In this document: positions 29,270 through 44,050 of the stretch, one piece after another
How the letters are laid out: every line of letters starts with the position of its first letter
Position numbering within the stretch: position 1 is the stretch's first letter
Source of the DNA: Eledone cirrhosa
Lineage: Eukaryota
Length of the DNA: 64,000 nt
Assembly: GCA_964016885.1 (NCBI GenBank)
Contig: OZ024752.1
Location: forward strand, 48,856,001-48,920,000
Reading direction: 5' to 3'
Position numbers and translations under genes: made by a program
Notes under the pieces: generated by a model
Seen by the model: only the letters and a program-made list of their open reading frames with translations
What the model was told of the DNA's origin: nothing
Databases searched by the model: none

Positions 29270-30903
29270 TTCATGTTGATACAAGATTTCTCATGATAAC
29301 CTATTATCTATAAGCTTCTCTCTCTGAAAAAACCCCAGATTAACTGTCCTTAGAATACTGCCTGCTTGTGTGTCTGCGATGGCGGTGCCAGTCTTTTACT
29401 CGTCTTCAGATGCCAACCAATATCATCCTGCCAAGCACAACACAGTTTTCTACATTCCTCTTGTGATGTTGAAATGTGTCAGCAATTATTCAAGACAATT
29501 TTTCACTGAATGAATTCATTAATCTACAGATTAGTCACAACAATTACACAAACAACCAGCATATAGAGAGAGAGGGGGTGGGGGGAGGGATGGGGGAGGG
29601 TTGAGAGACAGAGAAGAAGGGACAGAGAAAGAGAGACAAAGAAAGAGAGAGAGAGAGAGGGAGAGAGAAAGAGAGAAAGAGAGACAGAGAAAAAGAGAGA
29701 GAGAAAGAGAGAGGGAGAGAGAAAGAGAGAAAGAGGGAGAGAGAGAGACAGAGAAAGAGAGAGAAAGAGAGAGGGAGAAAGAGAGACAGAGAAAGAGAGA
29801 CAGAGAAAGAGAGACAGAGAGTGAGAGAGAGATAGAGAGAGAGAGAGAGAGAAAGAGAGACAGAGAAAGAGAGGCAAAGGGTGAGTGAGAGAGAGATAGA
29901 GAGAGAGAGAGAGGCTTACATACATACACATACACAGAGATAGATAGAGAGAGAGGCTTACATACATACACATACACAGAGAAAGACAGAGGTATACAGA
30001 GAGAGAGAGAGAGAGAGAGAGACAGAGGCATACACACACACAGACAAACAACCACCCTACATATATACACCTTTGATGAGTTGTAGTGCACCTGAGCACT
30101 GTACACAATAATTTCATTATTATTATACACATGCACGGTAGAGGGTCTGACGCCATGCTTTGACGCATAGAGTTACGGCCCTTGCCATTCTGAGTTCAAA
30201 TCCCGCCGAGGTTAACTTTGCCTTTCATCCTTACGGGGTTGATAAAATAAAGTACCAGTAATGTACTGGGGTAATTGCTGGCCTTGTGCCAAAAGTAGAA
30301 ACAGTTATACACATGCACACATGTATACCATGACTCATACACTGTTCAGTTTCCTGACATTTGTACATTACCCTATGTACTATACATGCACCTTTGATGA
30401 GTTGTAGTGCACCTGAGCTCTGTACACAATAATTTCATTATTATCATTGTTATTATTTTTAAACCTTGACAATTAGTAACTGAAAAGTTGCAACCTTGAC
30501 AAGCAAAACATATATAAAGTATATATATAGATATATAAAGTAAACGAAGTAGTTGTGGTAAGGAACCCGATGGACCATAACGCACCAGAGTACTCAATAC
30601 GTAGGGTGGTAGAGTGGGTAATAGGAGAAAGTATGACCCCGACGGCAGAGCTCAAGCCATTTTGTCAGCTATTTCTGGACGTTATGGTCCACCTGATTCC
30701 TTACCACACTTCCTTCGTTATATATATATATATATAAATATATATATTGTTATACTTTGGGAGGGTCATGTTGCCAATAAGAAACACACGCACCAGTTGC
30801 TTTCACTTCAATTTATTATTATAATAAATTTATAATAAATTTATAAATTTATAAATTTCTGGTTGGTTGGTTGGTTCCACAACCAGATAGTTGTTTATAT
30901 ATT

Positions 30904-30946
30904 GTCATAGTTCTTTCGTCACACACTCTGTGACCTCTTCAGTGAC
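30904..30946 (-). ncRNA. Compact type I hammerhead ribozyme inside a TA-flanked ~220-bp element (30748-30968)
   Basis: Minus strand reads GTCA-CTGAAGA-G-GTCACA-GAGTG-TGTGAC-GAAA-GAAC-TA-TGAC: stem I, core, 6-bp stem II, minimal stem III, CUA triplet. Confidence 0.75.
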
Positions 30947-32733
30947 TGGGGATTCCTTTCTTTGTTTCTATATATATATACTTATGTATATAAATATAAG
31001 TATATATGCATATATATGTATATACTTATGTACATAAATATAAGTATATGTACATATATATATATATATATATTGATAAATTCCGACCTCACACACTTAC
31101 ACCTCTCCAAGACAATGTCACTGGACCGAGATCTTTGGCGCTACACAGTAATACAGAAGACCCGCTTTGCCTAAGTACAAAGCAAAACCTACAGTCAGTA
31201 GGCACCTCTAACAAAATACACCACCGTCCCACTACCCCCACCCCATCCACACCACCCCCTTAAATGTGAAGTTATGTTGGTGTCACAACATCCAGCCTGA
31301 AACAAATGAGGTCGTGTAGGTGTCACGACAAAAAAAAAACACACAGTCCACGCTGTAATGTGGCCATGTAGGTAACACGGTAAAAACCTCCCAGTCCACA
31401 CTGTAAACGTGGTTGGTGTTGGGAAGGGCATCCAGCCATAGAAAACCCGCCAGACGTGTAGGTGTCACGACAAAAAAACACACAGTCCACGCTGTAATGT
31501 GGCCATGTAGGTAACACGGTAAAAACCTCCCAGTCCACACTGTAAACGTGGTTGGTGTTGGGAAGGGCATCCAGCCATAGAAAACCCGCCAGACGTGTAG
31601 GTGTCACGACAAAAAAACACACAGTCCACGCTGTAATGTGGCCATGTAGGTAACACGGTAAAAACCTCCCAGTCCACACTGTAAACGTGGTTGGTGTTAG
31701 GAAGGGCATCCATCCGTAGAAAACCCGCCAGACAGTCCTATGCGAGCAGGACAACCAATCTTGCCTTAAGTGGGAAAACTTCTGTCCAAACCCATGCAAG
31801 CGTGGAAGATGGACGTTAAACGATGATGATGATGATGATGATATATATATATATATGGTCCGTTTTTTTTTTTTATATTATATATATATATGTATATATT
31901 TATATAAATGTTTGTGTTGTGGAGACATCCCTTTATATTTAACTACATAATTAATTTATTATTGTTCTAATGAAGTTTAATTACTGTTTAATCAACAGTT
32001 AATGTTGTCTGTCATATATATTGATCAATATATATTTATTTATATTAATTTATTTCAATGTTATATTTGTTGTTGTTGCTGCCATTGTTTCTTTTAATTT
32101 AAGATGGGAACCTCTTTAAATCTAATTGTTTACAATGATAAGAAAATTGAATCAAATATATTGTGATGTCTGTATACCTGTATGTTGTTATTGTGTGTGT
32201 GTATATGTGTGTTTTTGTGTATATATGTATATATCTGTGTGTGAGTGTGCATATGTATGTATGTTTGTTCATGTATGTCAAACTAATTTTTTTTTAAATC
32301 ATATATGCCAACTAATTTGAAAAATTCTTTTTAGATTTGAATCATTTAAAAAAGGTGTATGTGCAAATGTATTTGTGTTTTTATATATAATATATAATGA
32401 AATTATTGTGTACAGTGCTCGGGTGCACTACAACTCAGCATAGGTTCATGTATAGTACGTAGAATAATTGTTTCTACTTTAGGCACAAGGCCAGCAATTA
32501 TCCAGTACATTACTGGTACTTTATTTTATCGACCTCGTAAGGATAAACGGCAAAGTTAACCTCGACAGGATTTGAACTCAGACCATAAAGGGACGTAACT
32601 ATGCTAGAAAGCATGGCGTCCAACCCTCTACTGATACTGCCAATTCACCGCCCTACATAGTACATAGAATAATGTACAAATGTCAAGATAGTGAACAGCG
32701 TACGAGTCATGATATACATGTGTGTATGTCAGA

Positions 32734-33280
32734 AGCAACAGTCTCCAGTTGATCCAGCTAGATCCCCAAGCATGACCAGCCAAGTTCATGGATATTATAC
32801 AACCATCTTGCTCAGGGTCTACCCCTGGGACTCTTGCCAGTTGGTTTCGCCAATAAAGTCTGTCCAGTGATTCTTTCCTGAGACATTATAACCACATGTC
32901 CATAGTATCAGAGCTGTGATCTCTCAATTTGGAGAAGTAGTGGCTCTACCTGGAATGACTCCCTGATCTTCGAGATACAAATCTGTCCAGTGATTCTTTC
33001 CTGAGACATTATAACCACATGTCCATAGTATCAGAGCTGTGATCTCTCAATTTGGAGAAGTAGTGGCTCTACCTGGAATGACTGCCTGATCTTCGAGATA
33101 CAAATCTGTCCAGTGATTCTTTCCTGAGACATTATAACCACATGCCCATAGTATCAGAGCTGTGATCTCTCAATTTGGAGAAGTAGTGGCTCTACCTGGA
33201 ATGACTCCCTGATCTTCGAGATACAAATCTGTCCAGTGATTCTTTCCTGAGACATTCTAACTAACCACATGCCCATAGTA
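32734..33280 (-). mobile_element. Decayed RTE LINE fragment with a 123-bp segment repeated ~3.4 times
   Basis: Minus strand VEPLLLQIERSQL*YYGHV..GKSPRGRP. Units start at 32859, 32982, 33105, 33228. Confidence 0.8.
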
Positions 33281-34000
33281 TAAACTTTTTTTCAAAATAA
33301 CAGCACTCTGATTTGTGTATGTAATAAGCCTTAGACAGTACAGCAATACGTGAATGAGAGAGTGAATGAGAGAGAGAGAGAGTGAGTGAATAAGTGTTAA
33401 GCAGAGCAAAAGGTACTACAAGAATGAACTCCAGAAATGTTTCGTTTATCAAGAAAATTTCATAGATGTTGGAAAGCAATTAACATTTGCCTATATTTAT
33501 AGCCATAGGCATTTAGTAATTATCTCATTGGAACTAGTATCCAATCCTACAATCTCTCACCTGTGCACATATATGCAATTTTCATCATAAGCAAGCTGTC
33601 AGCCATGTAAATACGAGACCTATATATTCATGATTAAAGATAAGATGAGAGAAGAGGCACGGATTACGAAGGTGGAGGTGGTGGAGGAGTGGAGGTGGAG
33701 GGGTGATGGTGGAGGTGGAGGAGTGATGGTGGAGGTGGAGGAGTGATGGTAGAGGTGGAGGAGTGATGGTAGAGGTGGAGGGGTGGAGGTGGAGGTGTGA
33801 TGGTGGAGGTGGAGGAAGAGGAGTGGTGGAGGAATGATGGTGGAGGTGGAGGAGTGATGGTGATGGTGGAGGAGTGATGGTGATGGTGGAGGTGGAGGAG
33901 TGATGGTGATGGTGGAGGTGGAGGAGTGATGGTGGAGGTGGAGGTTTGCAGCTGTTGTTGATGTCTTAGTAAAATGTTGTGGACCATAATAGGAGAGAAG

Positions 34001-34034
<34 letters not shown>

Positions 34035-34056
34035 GTATATATTGTACTTTATATGC

Positions 34057-34093
<37 letters not shown>

Positions 34094-34130
34094 TGCATAT
34101 AGAGTACAATATATACATATATATATATAT

Positions 34131-34315
34131 AACGAAGGAAATGTGGTAAGGAACCAGGTGGACCATAACGCACCAAAGTACTCAATACTTGAGGTAGTAG
34201 AGTGGGTAATAGGAACCAGTAAGACCCCGACAGCTGAGCTCAAGCCGTTTCGACGGCTAATTCTGGAATTAGCCGTCGAAACGGCTTGAGCTCAGCTGTC
34301 GGGGTCTTACTGGTT

Positions 34316-34320
<5 letters not shown>
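34131..34320 (-). mobile_element. Family F copy 3 (further fragments at 9054-9151, 12804-12851, 24954-25022, 30543-30720)
   Basis: Reverse complement of the same palindrome and tail; TA flanks. Confidence 0.7.
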
Positions 34321-34372
<52 letters not shown>

Positions 34373-34574
34373 TGTACTCTATATGCATATATATATATAT
34401 ATATATTGTACTTTATATGCATATATATCATCATCTCATCATCTTCGTTTAACGTCTATTTTCCACGCTAGCATGGGTTAGACGGGTATATATATATATA
34501 TATGTATATATTGTATTTTATATGCAAATGTATATATATATATATATATATTTTTGTACATATTGTACTTTATA

Positions 34575-34619
<45 letters not shown>

Positions 34620-34932
34620 TGTACTTTATATGCATATGTATATATATATATATATATGTGCATATGTATCCATGTTTATATGCATATGTATATATATATA
34701 TATATATATATATTTTTGTATATATTGTACTTTATATGCATATATATATATATATATATGTATATATATGTATATTGTACTTTATATGCATATGTATATA
34801 TATATATATATATATGTGTGTGTATATAGTATTATGGTTTGCATTTTGCTTAGGCTTTGTGTAAATTTTTATATATTCTAAGTTAAGGCAGCTGCAGATC
34901 TTAATTGTATAGATAAGTGTGCATATATTTGT

Positions 34933-35018
<86 letters not shown>

Positions 35019-35315
35019 TACATACTCAGACATACTGCATTTGTACAAATGAGAATAAATTGCTACTTCCTATTATATATATATACATATATTATATATA
35101 TAAATCATCATCATCATCATGATATATATGTATATATATAATATATGCATATATATATATATATATATATACACACACTCACACACACCTGTATTTATGT
35201 ATATTTTCATTATATATATATATCTGGTAATTTTTGTATAGCTAAGATATATGTCTATATTAATGCAATCTTAATATATTTATATATACATATATATAAA
35301 TATATTAAGATTGCA

Positions 35316-35440
<125 letters not shown>

Positions 35441-36004
35441 TGTATTAGTAATACATAATAATTATGTAATAAATCCATGTGTAATTCAAATAAATCAAAT
35501 ATGTATCTGTAATATTTATAAGTGTAATATATTTAAGTAATGTGTGTGTATGTATATATATATGTGTGTTTATGTGTATGTATATATATATGTGTGTGTA
35601 TATGTGTATGTATATATATAGCTAATGTGTATATGTATGTATATATGTAATATTTATAGACATAATATATTTAGGTAATGTGTGTGTATGTACATATGTA
35701 TGTGTTTATGTGTACGTATATTTAGCTAATGTGTGTGTGTATATGTGTATATATAATATTTATAGATGTAATATATTTAGGTAATGTGTGTGTTTGTATG
35801 TATATATGAAGGTATGTATGTGTATATGTAACACTTATAGATGTTATATGTTTAGTTAATGTGCGTGTATGTTGTGTGGGTATGTTGTGTGTGTATATGC
35901 AACTATGTATTAATAAATATGGATATGTGTGTGTGTGTATATATATATGTATATATATATGTTTAAGTGTGTGTGAGAATGATTAAGTGCAATTGCTTGT
36001 GCAA

Positions 36005-36057
<53 letters not shown>

Positions 36058-36778
36058 CATATATATATATATACATACATATATATATATATATATATAC
36101 ATACACATATATATATATATATATATATACATACATACATACATATATATATACATATATATATATACATACATACATATCTATGTATATATATTTATAT
36201 ATGCGTACATATATACACATACACATACACACATGCACACATACACACATACACACATACACATATTGCATTTGTACATATGAGAATAAATTGTCACTTC
36301 CTATTACTTGTTAATACAAGCTATTTATTAATTCCCTGACAAGTTATAATTTACATGATAATGTGAAATGGAAAGGTATCTGCTCGTTGGAGCATGTAGA
36401 AAGCGAAGGCAAATGAAGAGATGGCAACCATTGATCCCCAGAAAACTATTATAGTTCTATGTTTTAATTATCTTGACCTGTGCAAACTCTTTCAGGACAA
36501 GGCAGGTCTAATAGTTGCACACAAATTCTTATGGCGAAACCCTTAACCATTAACTTTCAAGTCAATGAATGGACAGGAAGTTCTCGTCATAATGGCTAGT
36601 ATGATAGCCGTGTCTTTTGATGTTATTTAAGGTCAGAAACTGTTATGAAGAGTATGATGAATGGTTCGGCAGTGAAGGAGAGATTCTTGACTAACCATTC
36701 TTTCAAGTAGATGAGGCGAAGAGAAATAGTAAAGTAGTAGTAAGAAGAGGTGCAAATAACCTGACTGTCATTTCCCAG

Positions 36779-36849
36779 CTCCTTCTATATTTGACCTCAA
36801 CTCGGCCAAATTTGCATTCAAAGAGGTCAAAGGAAGACCTGATAAGAAG
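36779..36849 (+). CDS. Possible internal exon (PSIFDLNSAKFAFKEVKGRPDKK), gene unknown
   Basis: ctgac..tttcccag acceptor, AAG|gtaaat donor, open frame. No homology recognised. Confidence 0.25.
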
Positions 36850-36862
36850 GTAAATATGTTGC

Positions 36863-37776
36863 TTTCTCTCTCTCTCTCTCTTTTTCTCTATCATTCTCCA
36901 TCTCTCTATATCTCTCTATATCTCGTTCTCTCTCTCTCATTCTTTCTCTCTCTACCTATCTGTCTCTCTCTTTCTCTTTTTCTCTATCATTCTCCATCTC
37001 TCTATATCTCTCTATATCTCGTTCTGTCTCTCTATCTCTCTCTCTCATTCTTTCTCTCTCTACCTATCTGTCTCTCTCTCTCGCTCTTTTTCTCTATCAT
37101 TCTCCATCTCTCTATATCTCTCTATATCCCGTTCTCTCTCTCTCTCTCTCTCATTCTTTCTCTCTCTACCTACCTCTCTCTCTCTCGCTCTTTTTCTCTA
37201 TCATTCTCCATCTCTCTATATCTCTCTATATCTCGTTCTCTCTCTCTCTCATTCTTTCTCTCTCTACCTATCTGTCTCTCTCTCTCTCTTTTTCTCTATC
37301 ATTCTCCATCTCTCTATATCTCTCTATATCTCGTTCTCTCTATCTCTATCTCTCTCATTCTTTCTCTCTCTACCTCTCTCTCTCTCTTTTTCTCTATCAT
37401 TCTCCATCTCTCTATATCTCTCCATATCTCGTTCTCTCTCATTCTTTCTCTCTCTCTCGCTCTTTTTCTCTATCATTCTCCATCTCTCTATATCTCTCTC
37501 TCTCTCTCTCTCTCATTCTTTCTCTCTCTACCTATCTGTCTCTCTCTCTCTCTTTTTCTCTATCATTCTCCATCTCTCTATATGTCTCTATATCTCGTTC
37601 TCTCTATCTCTCTCTCTCATTCTTTCTCTCTCTACCTATCTGTCTCTCTCGCTCTCTTTTTCTCTATCATTCTCCATCTCTCTATATCTCTCTCTCTCTC
37701 TCTCTCTCATTCTTTCTCTCTCTACCTATCTGTCTCTCTCTCTCTCTTTTTCTCTATCATTCTCCATCTCTCTATA

Positions 37777-37813
<37 letters not shown>

Positions 37814-37890
37814 CTATACCTATCTGTCTCTCTCTCTCTCTACCTCTCACTCTCTCTCTCTCTCTCTCTAACTCACTCCCTCTCTCTGTC
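36863..37890. repeat. Compound (CT)n satellite; similar tracts at 21440-22082, 29585-30030, 58083-58775
   Basis: Direct reading. Confidence 0.9.
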
Positions 37891-39559
37891 TTTCTCACCT
37901 TTCCTACATTAATGTTAGTTTCTCAGTGGTGGTGGTGGTGGTGGTGGTGGTTGATGGTGGTGGTGATGAAGGTGGTGGTGGTGGTTGATGGTGGTGGTGA
38001 AGGTGGTGGTTGTGGTGGTGATGGTTGTGTTGTGGTGGTAGTGTGGGGGTGGGGGTGGGGGGAGTGGGGGAAGTAGTGGTGGTGGTGGTGGTGGTGGTCA
38101 TGGTGGTGGTGGTGGTGGTGGTGGTGGTGGTGGTGGTTGGGGGAAGTGGTGGTGGAAGTGGTGGTGGTGTAAGTGGTGGTGGTGGTGGTGGTGGAGGTGG
38201 TGGTGGAAGTGGTGGTGGTGGAAGTGGTGGTGGTAGTGGTGGTGGAAGTGGTGGCATTGTTGTTGTTGTTGTTGCCAATGGCTGTTACATCATTAATAGT
38301 GAAAGCAATGGTTTTAGTAGCAATATTATATAGTGATGTAATATCACTGGAATCAGGGGTAGTGGTGGTGGGGTGGGGGTGGAGTGGGGTAATGGGGGGG
38401 GGGGGGGGTAGTGTGGGGGTAGGGGGGGGGGGGAAGGGTGTTGGTGGTGGCGGCGGTGGGAGTGTGGATGGTAGTGGTGGTAGTGGAGGTGGTAGTCGTA
38501 GTGGTGGTGGTGGTGGGGTTGGTGGTGGCAGTGGTGGTAATGGTTACAGTGTTTGTGGTGGTGGTGGTGGTGATGGTTGTAGTGGTGGTGGTGGTGATGG
38601 TTGTAGTGGTGGTGGTGATGGTTGTAGTGGTGGTGGTGGTGATGGTTTTAGTGGTGGTGGCGGTGATGGTGGTGGCGGTGATGGTTGTAGTGGTGGTGGT
38701 GGTGGTGGTGGTGGTTGTAGTGGTGGTGGTGGTGGTGGTGATAGATGTAATAGTCATGACATTGGTACTACCGATAATGGTTGATTTAATGGAGGCAGCC
38801 GCCATAAAAGTAGTAAAGATGTTTGTTGGTCTTGGTGGTGATGGTGGTGGTGGTGGTGGTGGTGGTAGTGGTGATGGTGGTGGTGGTGATTGTGGTGGTG
38901 GTGATGGTTGTAGTGGTGGTGGTGGTGGTGGTGTTGTTAGTGGTGGTGGTGGTGGTGGTAGTGGTGATGGTGGTGGTGGTGATTGTGGTGGTGGTGATGG
39001 TTGTAGTGGTGGTGGTGGTGGTGATGGTGGTGGTGGTGGTGGTGGTAGTAGTGGTGATGGTGATGGTGGTGGTGGTGGTGTTGTTAGTGGTGGTGGTAGT
39101 AGTCAGTGTGTTAGTAATGGTGGTGTTGTTAGACATGGTGTTGGTAGTAGGGGTGGTGGTGGTGGTGGTGGCAATGGTGGTGGTGGTGGTGGTGGTAGTG
39201 GTGGTGGTGGGGGTAATGGTGATGGTGGTGGTGGTGGTAGTAGTGGTGGTGATGGTGGTGGTGCTGGTAATGGTGGTGGTGGTGTTGTTGGTGACGGTGA
39301 TATGGTGCTGGTGGTGGTGGTGGTTGTGGTGGTGGTGGTGATGTGGTGGTAATAGTGTTTGTGTTGGTAATGTGGTGGTGGTGGTGGTGGTGGTGGTGGT
39401 GGTGTTTGTAACAGTGTTTGTTGGTGGTGGTAATGGTTTTCGGTGATATGATAGTGCTGTTGGTAGTGATATAGTGATATAGTGATACGGTAACAGTGGT
39501 GGTAATAGTATTGGTAGTGTTAGTCTTGTAATACTCATGATTCTATCATTAACACTAAC

Positions 39560-39657
39560 GACTAAATGATGGTAGTTCCATGTAACTTGTTCTGCTTCAA
39601 TTCCTCTGACTTTTGGTTTAATCCATTCTGAGATAGATAGGTTTCCTGTGTAGTCAA
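39560..39657 (-). CDS. Possible 98-nt exon (DYTGNLSISEWIKPKVRGIEAEQVTWNYHHLV), gene unknown
   Basis: tttgtttcag acceptor, GTC|gttagt donor, open frame. Opposite strand to the other two candidates. Confidence 0.25.
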
Positions 39658-41150
39658 CTGAAACAAAGGTCAAGGTATTTTCTCATTAAATGACACAGTC
39701 TTCATTTGGCTCAAAATGCTAAGCAATAATTAATATATTCATCATCATCATCATCACCGTTTTACGTCCGTTCTTCCACGCTAGCATGGGTTAGACGGGT
39801 TGTCCTGTTGTGGGCAGTGTCTGGTCGGCTGACCTTGTCTTGCTCATACAGGAACTGATTTGGCTTGATTTCTACAGCTGGATGCCCTTCCTAACACCAA
39901 CCTCATTTACAGTGAGTGCTGGGTGCTTTTTCGTGGCACCTACACGTCCACTTTACAGTGTGGGCTGGGTGCTTTTTTGCCGTGGCACCTCCACGACCAC
40001 TTTACAGTGTAGGCTGGGTGCTTTTTTGCCGTGGCACCTCCACGACCACTTTACAGTGTGGGCTGGGTGCTTTTTTGCCGTGGCACCTCCACGAGCACCT
40101 TGCAGTGGGAGGATGTGGGGGAATATTGTCTGTATGCTTCAGCTTGTACCCGTGGGGGGGTCGGGTACTCTGTATTACTGCGTGATGCCAGAGGTTATGG
40201 TCGTGTGTCATTGCCTTTGAGAGGTGTAATTTAGTCTTTTCAGTGTGGACAGTGTTGGCTGTGGATGGTTTTGAGAAATCATTGGTATAAAAGTAGCAAC
40301 AGTATTTGGTTATAACTACTATACTGGGCATATTGTGACTGAACTTGGGAGAGGTTGGGTGGCCACATTGAGTGTAAACCAGAGAGGAGAGGGGTGTCAG
40401 GTGGCCACATTGAGTGTAAACCAGAGAGGAGAGGAGAGAGGGTCAGGTGGCCATATTGAAATTAAATCAGATGAGAGAGGGGTCAGGTGGCCATATTGAG
40501 ATTAAACCAAATGAGAGAGAAGAGAGTAGAAAAGTCAGGTGACTAATTAGCATGAGCCTATAATTTTGGGGTAGTAAGGAAGTCTTCCTTTGAGAACTAC
40601 ATAGAAAACCCTTATTTACTTAGGCTGGGCTTCTACCCAGGCCAAGGTTCCCCCTTATTCCTCACTTCTCTGTCCATCATTGACTCCTTCAATTCCTGGA
40701 CAGATGTTGTCCATGTATGTAACATGACCTTCAACACACCTTTCCACTCCCTACTAAAGTATGTTTTCTTATGTAAAGTGTCAAATGACAGATACTCTAC
40801 TAGAACTAAATCTCTTCAATGTTATCCATCTTGAGATGAAGGTCAGGAGTTGAAATATGTTGCAGGTATTTCATTGTGTTTTCAAGTAGAAAATTCTACA
40901 TTACTTCAGTTCACATAACCATGAATAATCTGGAAACAAGAGTTGAGTAAAAGCCCTTAAAATCTCATCGGAGTGTGAAGGGGGTTAATTTTTATTGACT
41001 ATAGAAGCAACAACAAGCCAATATGGAGACCAAAGTCAACAAGGGAGATTCTATATAGTTAATTGACCTGTTACAAATAGCAGCCAAATTATTGTCACAG
41101 ACAAGGTGTTTGTATCTAACATACTGGTCTAAATATTTAATAACTATAAG

Positions 41151-41570
41151 CAGAGCTATGGCTGTGTGGTTAAGGAATTCGATTTACAACCATATGGTTC
41201 TGGGTTAAGTCCTATTGTGCGGCACCTTGGACAAGTGTCTTCTAATATAGCCTCAGGTTAACCGATACCTTGTGAGAGGAATTTGGTAGATGGAAACAGT
41301 AGAAGTTTGTTGTGTATAAATATGGCATGTGTGTGTATGTGTGCATGAATGCATGTGTGTGTACAGGTGTGTACAGGTGTGTGTGTGTATGTATGAGTCC
41401 ATATCTGTGTTTATGAACTATAACTTAGCAGTTTGACAAGAAAGAATAATAAAATATGTAGCAGGCTTGAAAAACTAAGAAATGGATTCGATATGATTGA
41501 CTAAATCAAGGTGGAGTCCCCTAAAATGGTTGTAATCTAATGGCTGACACTCGTAAAAGAGTAAAAGAGG
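41151..41570 (+). mobile_element. Old CORE-like SINE with internal (TG)n
   Basis: TGGCTGTGTGGTTAAG..GGTTAAGTCC..GCACCTTGGACAAGTGTCTTCT. Confidence 0.65.
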
Positions 41571-41764
41571 TATGAAGATTTTATAAAATGGCTAAACCAA
41601 GATTTGAACTGGTGTCACTAATGTGCCTCAACAGCAGCAGCCTTAACTCTGAAAACAACAAGAAAACAACAACAAAATATGCTAAAAGGTTTTTACACAA
41701 GGATAGTGTGACTAAGGAACCAAACTAGGTTTGTGAAACCATTTGAGAGAAGAAAAAAAAAAAA

Positions 41765-41796
<32 letters not shown>

Positions 41797-41894
41797 ATTT
41801 AAAAAAAAAAGAATTTCTAAAGACTCTTTAGTATCAACATCTCATAAGAATACACAAACAAACATACAAAGATTAAGACAATCTACACAAACGA

Positions 41895-41927
<33 letters not shown>

Positions 41928-42130
41928 TTCATTTATTGTCCACAAGGGCCGACATATAGGGGACAATATAAAAGACTGGGACAGTGGGGGGTTTACATAT
42001 ACAAAGTGTAAACAATATAAATAACAATAACAAAATAACAAGAAAAATACAAGAAAAATACAAAAAAAATACAAGAAAAATACAAGAAAAATACAAGAAA
42101 AATTCCACACTCTACACAAACGAAATAATG

Positions 42131-42162
<32 letters not shown>

Positions 42163-42544
42163 GATGATGATGATGATGATGACAACAGCAACAACAACAT
42201 TAAGCTACTAAGCCAGCAAATTCACAGCAATGTACAGTAGACTTGAGACATTTTCCAAAACTATGAGAAATGCCAAAAGAATAAATTTGTGTCAAAGTCT
42301 TAACAACAACAACAGCAACAATAACAACAACAACGACGACAACAACAACAGCAATAATAACAACAACAACAACAACTGTACCTAACAGTAGGAAATTCAT
42401 CCATGTAAAAATACAAAAAAAAAAAAACAGGGAAAATTAAAAAAACAAATATTAGAATAATAAATAATATTAATAAATAAAAGAATATAATCATCATATT
42501 TCATTTAAACCCCCACCACTAGATATTTCACTGACACCCTCTGC

Positions 42545-42634
42545 CCATCACCACTGCCACCACCACTGCTACTACTACTACTACTACTATCACTACTATT
42601 ACTACCACCACTGCCATCAACACCACCACCTCTG

Positions 42635-42667
<33 letters not shown>

Positions 42668-42898
42668 TCACTACCACCACTGCCATCAACACCATCACCA
42701 CTGCCACCACCTCTGCTACTACTACTACTACTACTACTATCACTACCACCACTGCCATCAACACCACCACCTCTGCTACTACTACTACTACTACTACTGC
42801 TACTGCCACTCCTACTACTACTACTACTATCACCACCACCACTGCCATCAACACCACCACCTCTGCTACTACTACTACTACTACTGCTACTACCACTC

Positions 42899-42931
<33 letters not shown>

Positions 42932-43066
42932 TCACTACCACCACTGCCATCAACACCACCACCTCTGCTACTACTACTACTACTACTACTACTGCTACTA
43001 CCACTCCTACTACTACTACTACTACTACTATCACCACCACCACTGCCATCAACACCACCACCTCTG

Positions 43067-43099
<33 letters not shown>

Positions 43100-44050
43100 T
43101 CACCACCACCAATGCCATCAACACCACCACCTCTGCTACTACTACTACTATTACCACCATTGCTACTACCACTCCTACTACTACTACTACTACTATCACC
43201 ACCACCAATGCCATCAACACCACCACCTCTGCTACTACTACTACTATTACCACCATTGCTACTACCACTCCTACTACAACTACTACTACTACTATCACCA
43301 CCACCACTGCCATCAACACCACCACTACTACTATCACCACTACCATTGTTACTACTATCACCACCACCACCACCACTGCTATCACCACCATCACTACCAC
43401 TACCACCACCACCACCACCATCACTACCACTACCACCACCACCACCACCACCACCACCACTGCTATCACCACCATCACTACCACTACCACCACCACCACC
43501 ACCACCACTGCTATCACCACCATCACTACCACTACCACCACCACCACCACCACTGCCACTAATACTATCACCGATAACACAGCCACCACCATGCCGACCA
43601 CCAGCACCACCACTTCCACCACCACCACTCTGAAGACCATTGTCACCACTGCAACAACCACCACCAGCACTACCACCACCACCATTGCAGTTGCTATACC
43701 ATCAACACCACCACCTCCACCACCATCAACACCATCTCAACACCCCCCACCACCATCATTGCAGTTGCCATACCATCAACACAACCACCACTACCACCAC
43801 CATCAACAACACCAATGCCATCACTACCATCACCACCTCCACCACCTCCACCACCACCACCAACACCACTACCACCACCATCAACACCATCATCATTGCA
43901 GTTGCCATACCATCAACACAACCACCACCAATGCCACCACCACCATCAACACCACCACCACCGCCACCATCATTGCAGTTGCCATACCATCAACACAACC
44001 ACCACCAATGCCATCACCGCCACCACTACCACCACCACCACCACCACCAC
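42545..44050. repeat. (CAC/TAC)n compound trinucleotide repeat with higher-order units
   Basis: ACTGCCATCAACACCACCACCTCTGCT recurs among (ACT)n runs. Confidence 0.9.

Noticed and set aside
42545-44050. Mucin-like Thr-rich reading frame
   Set aside because: No clear splice or start context; similar trinucleotide tracts occur throughout the window on both strands.
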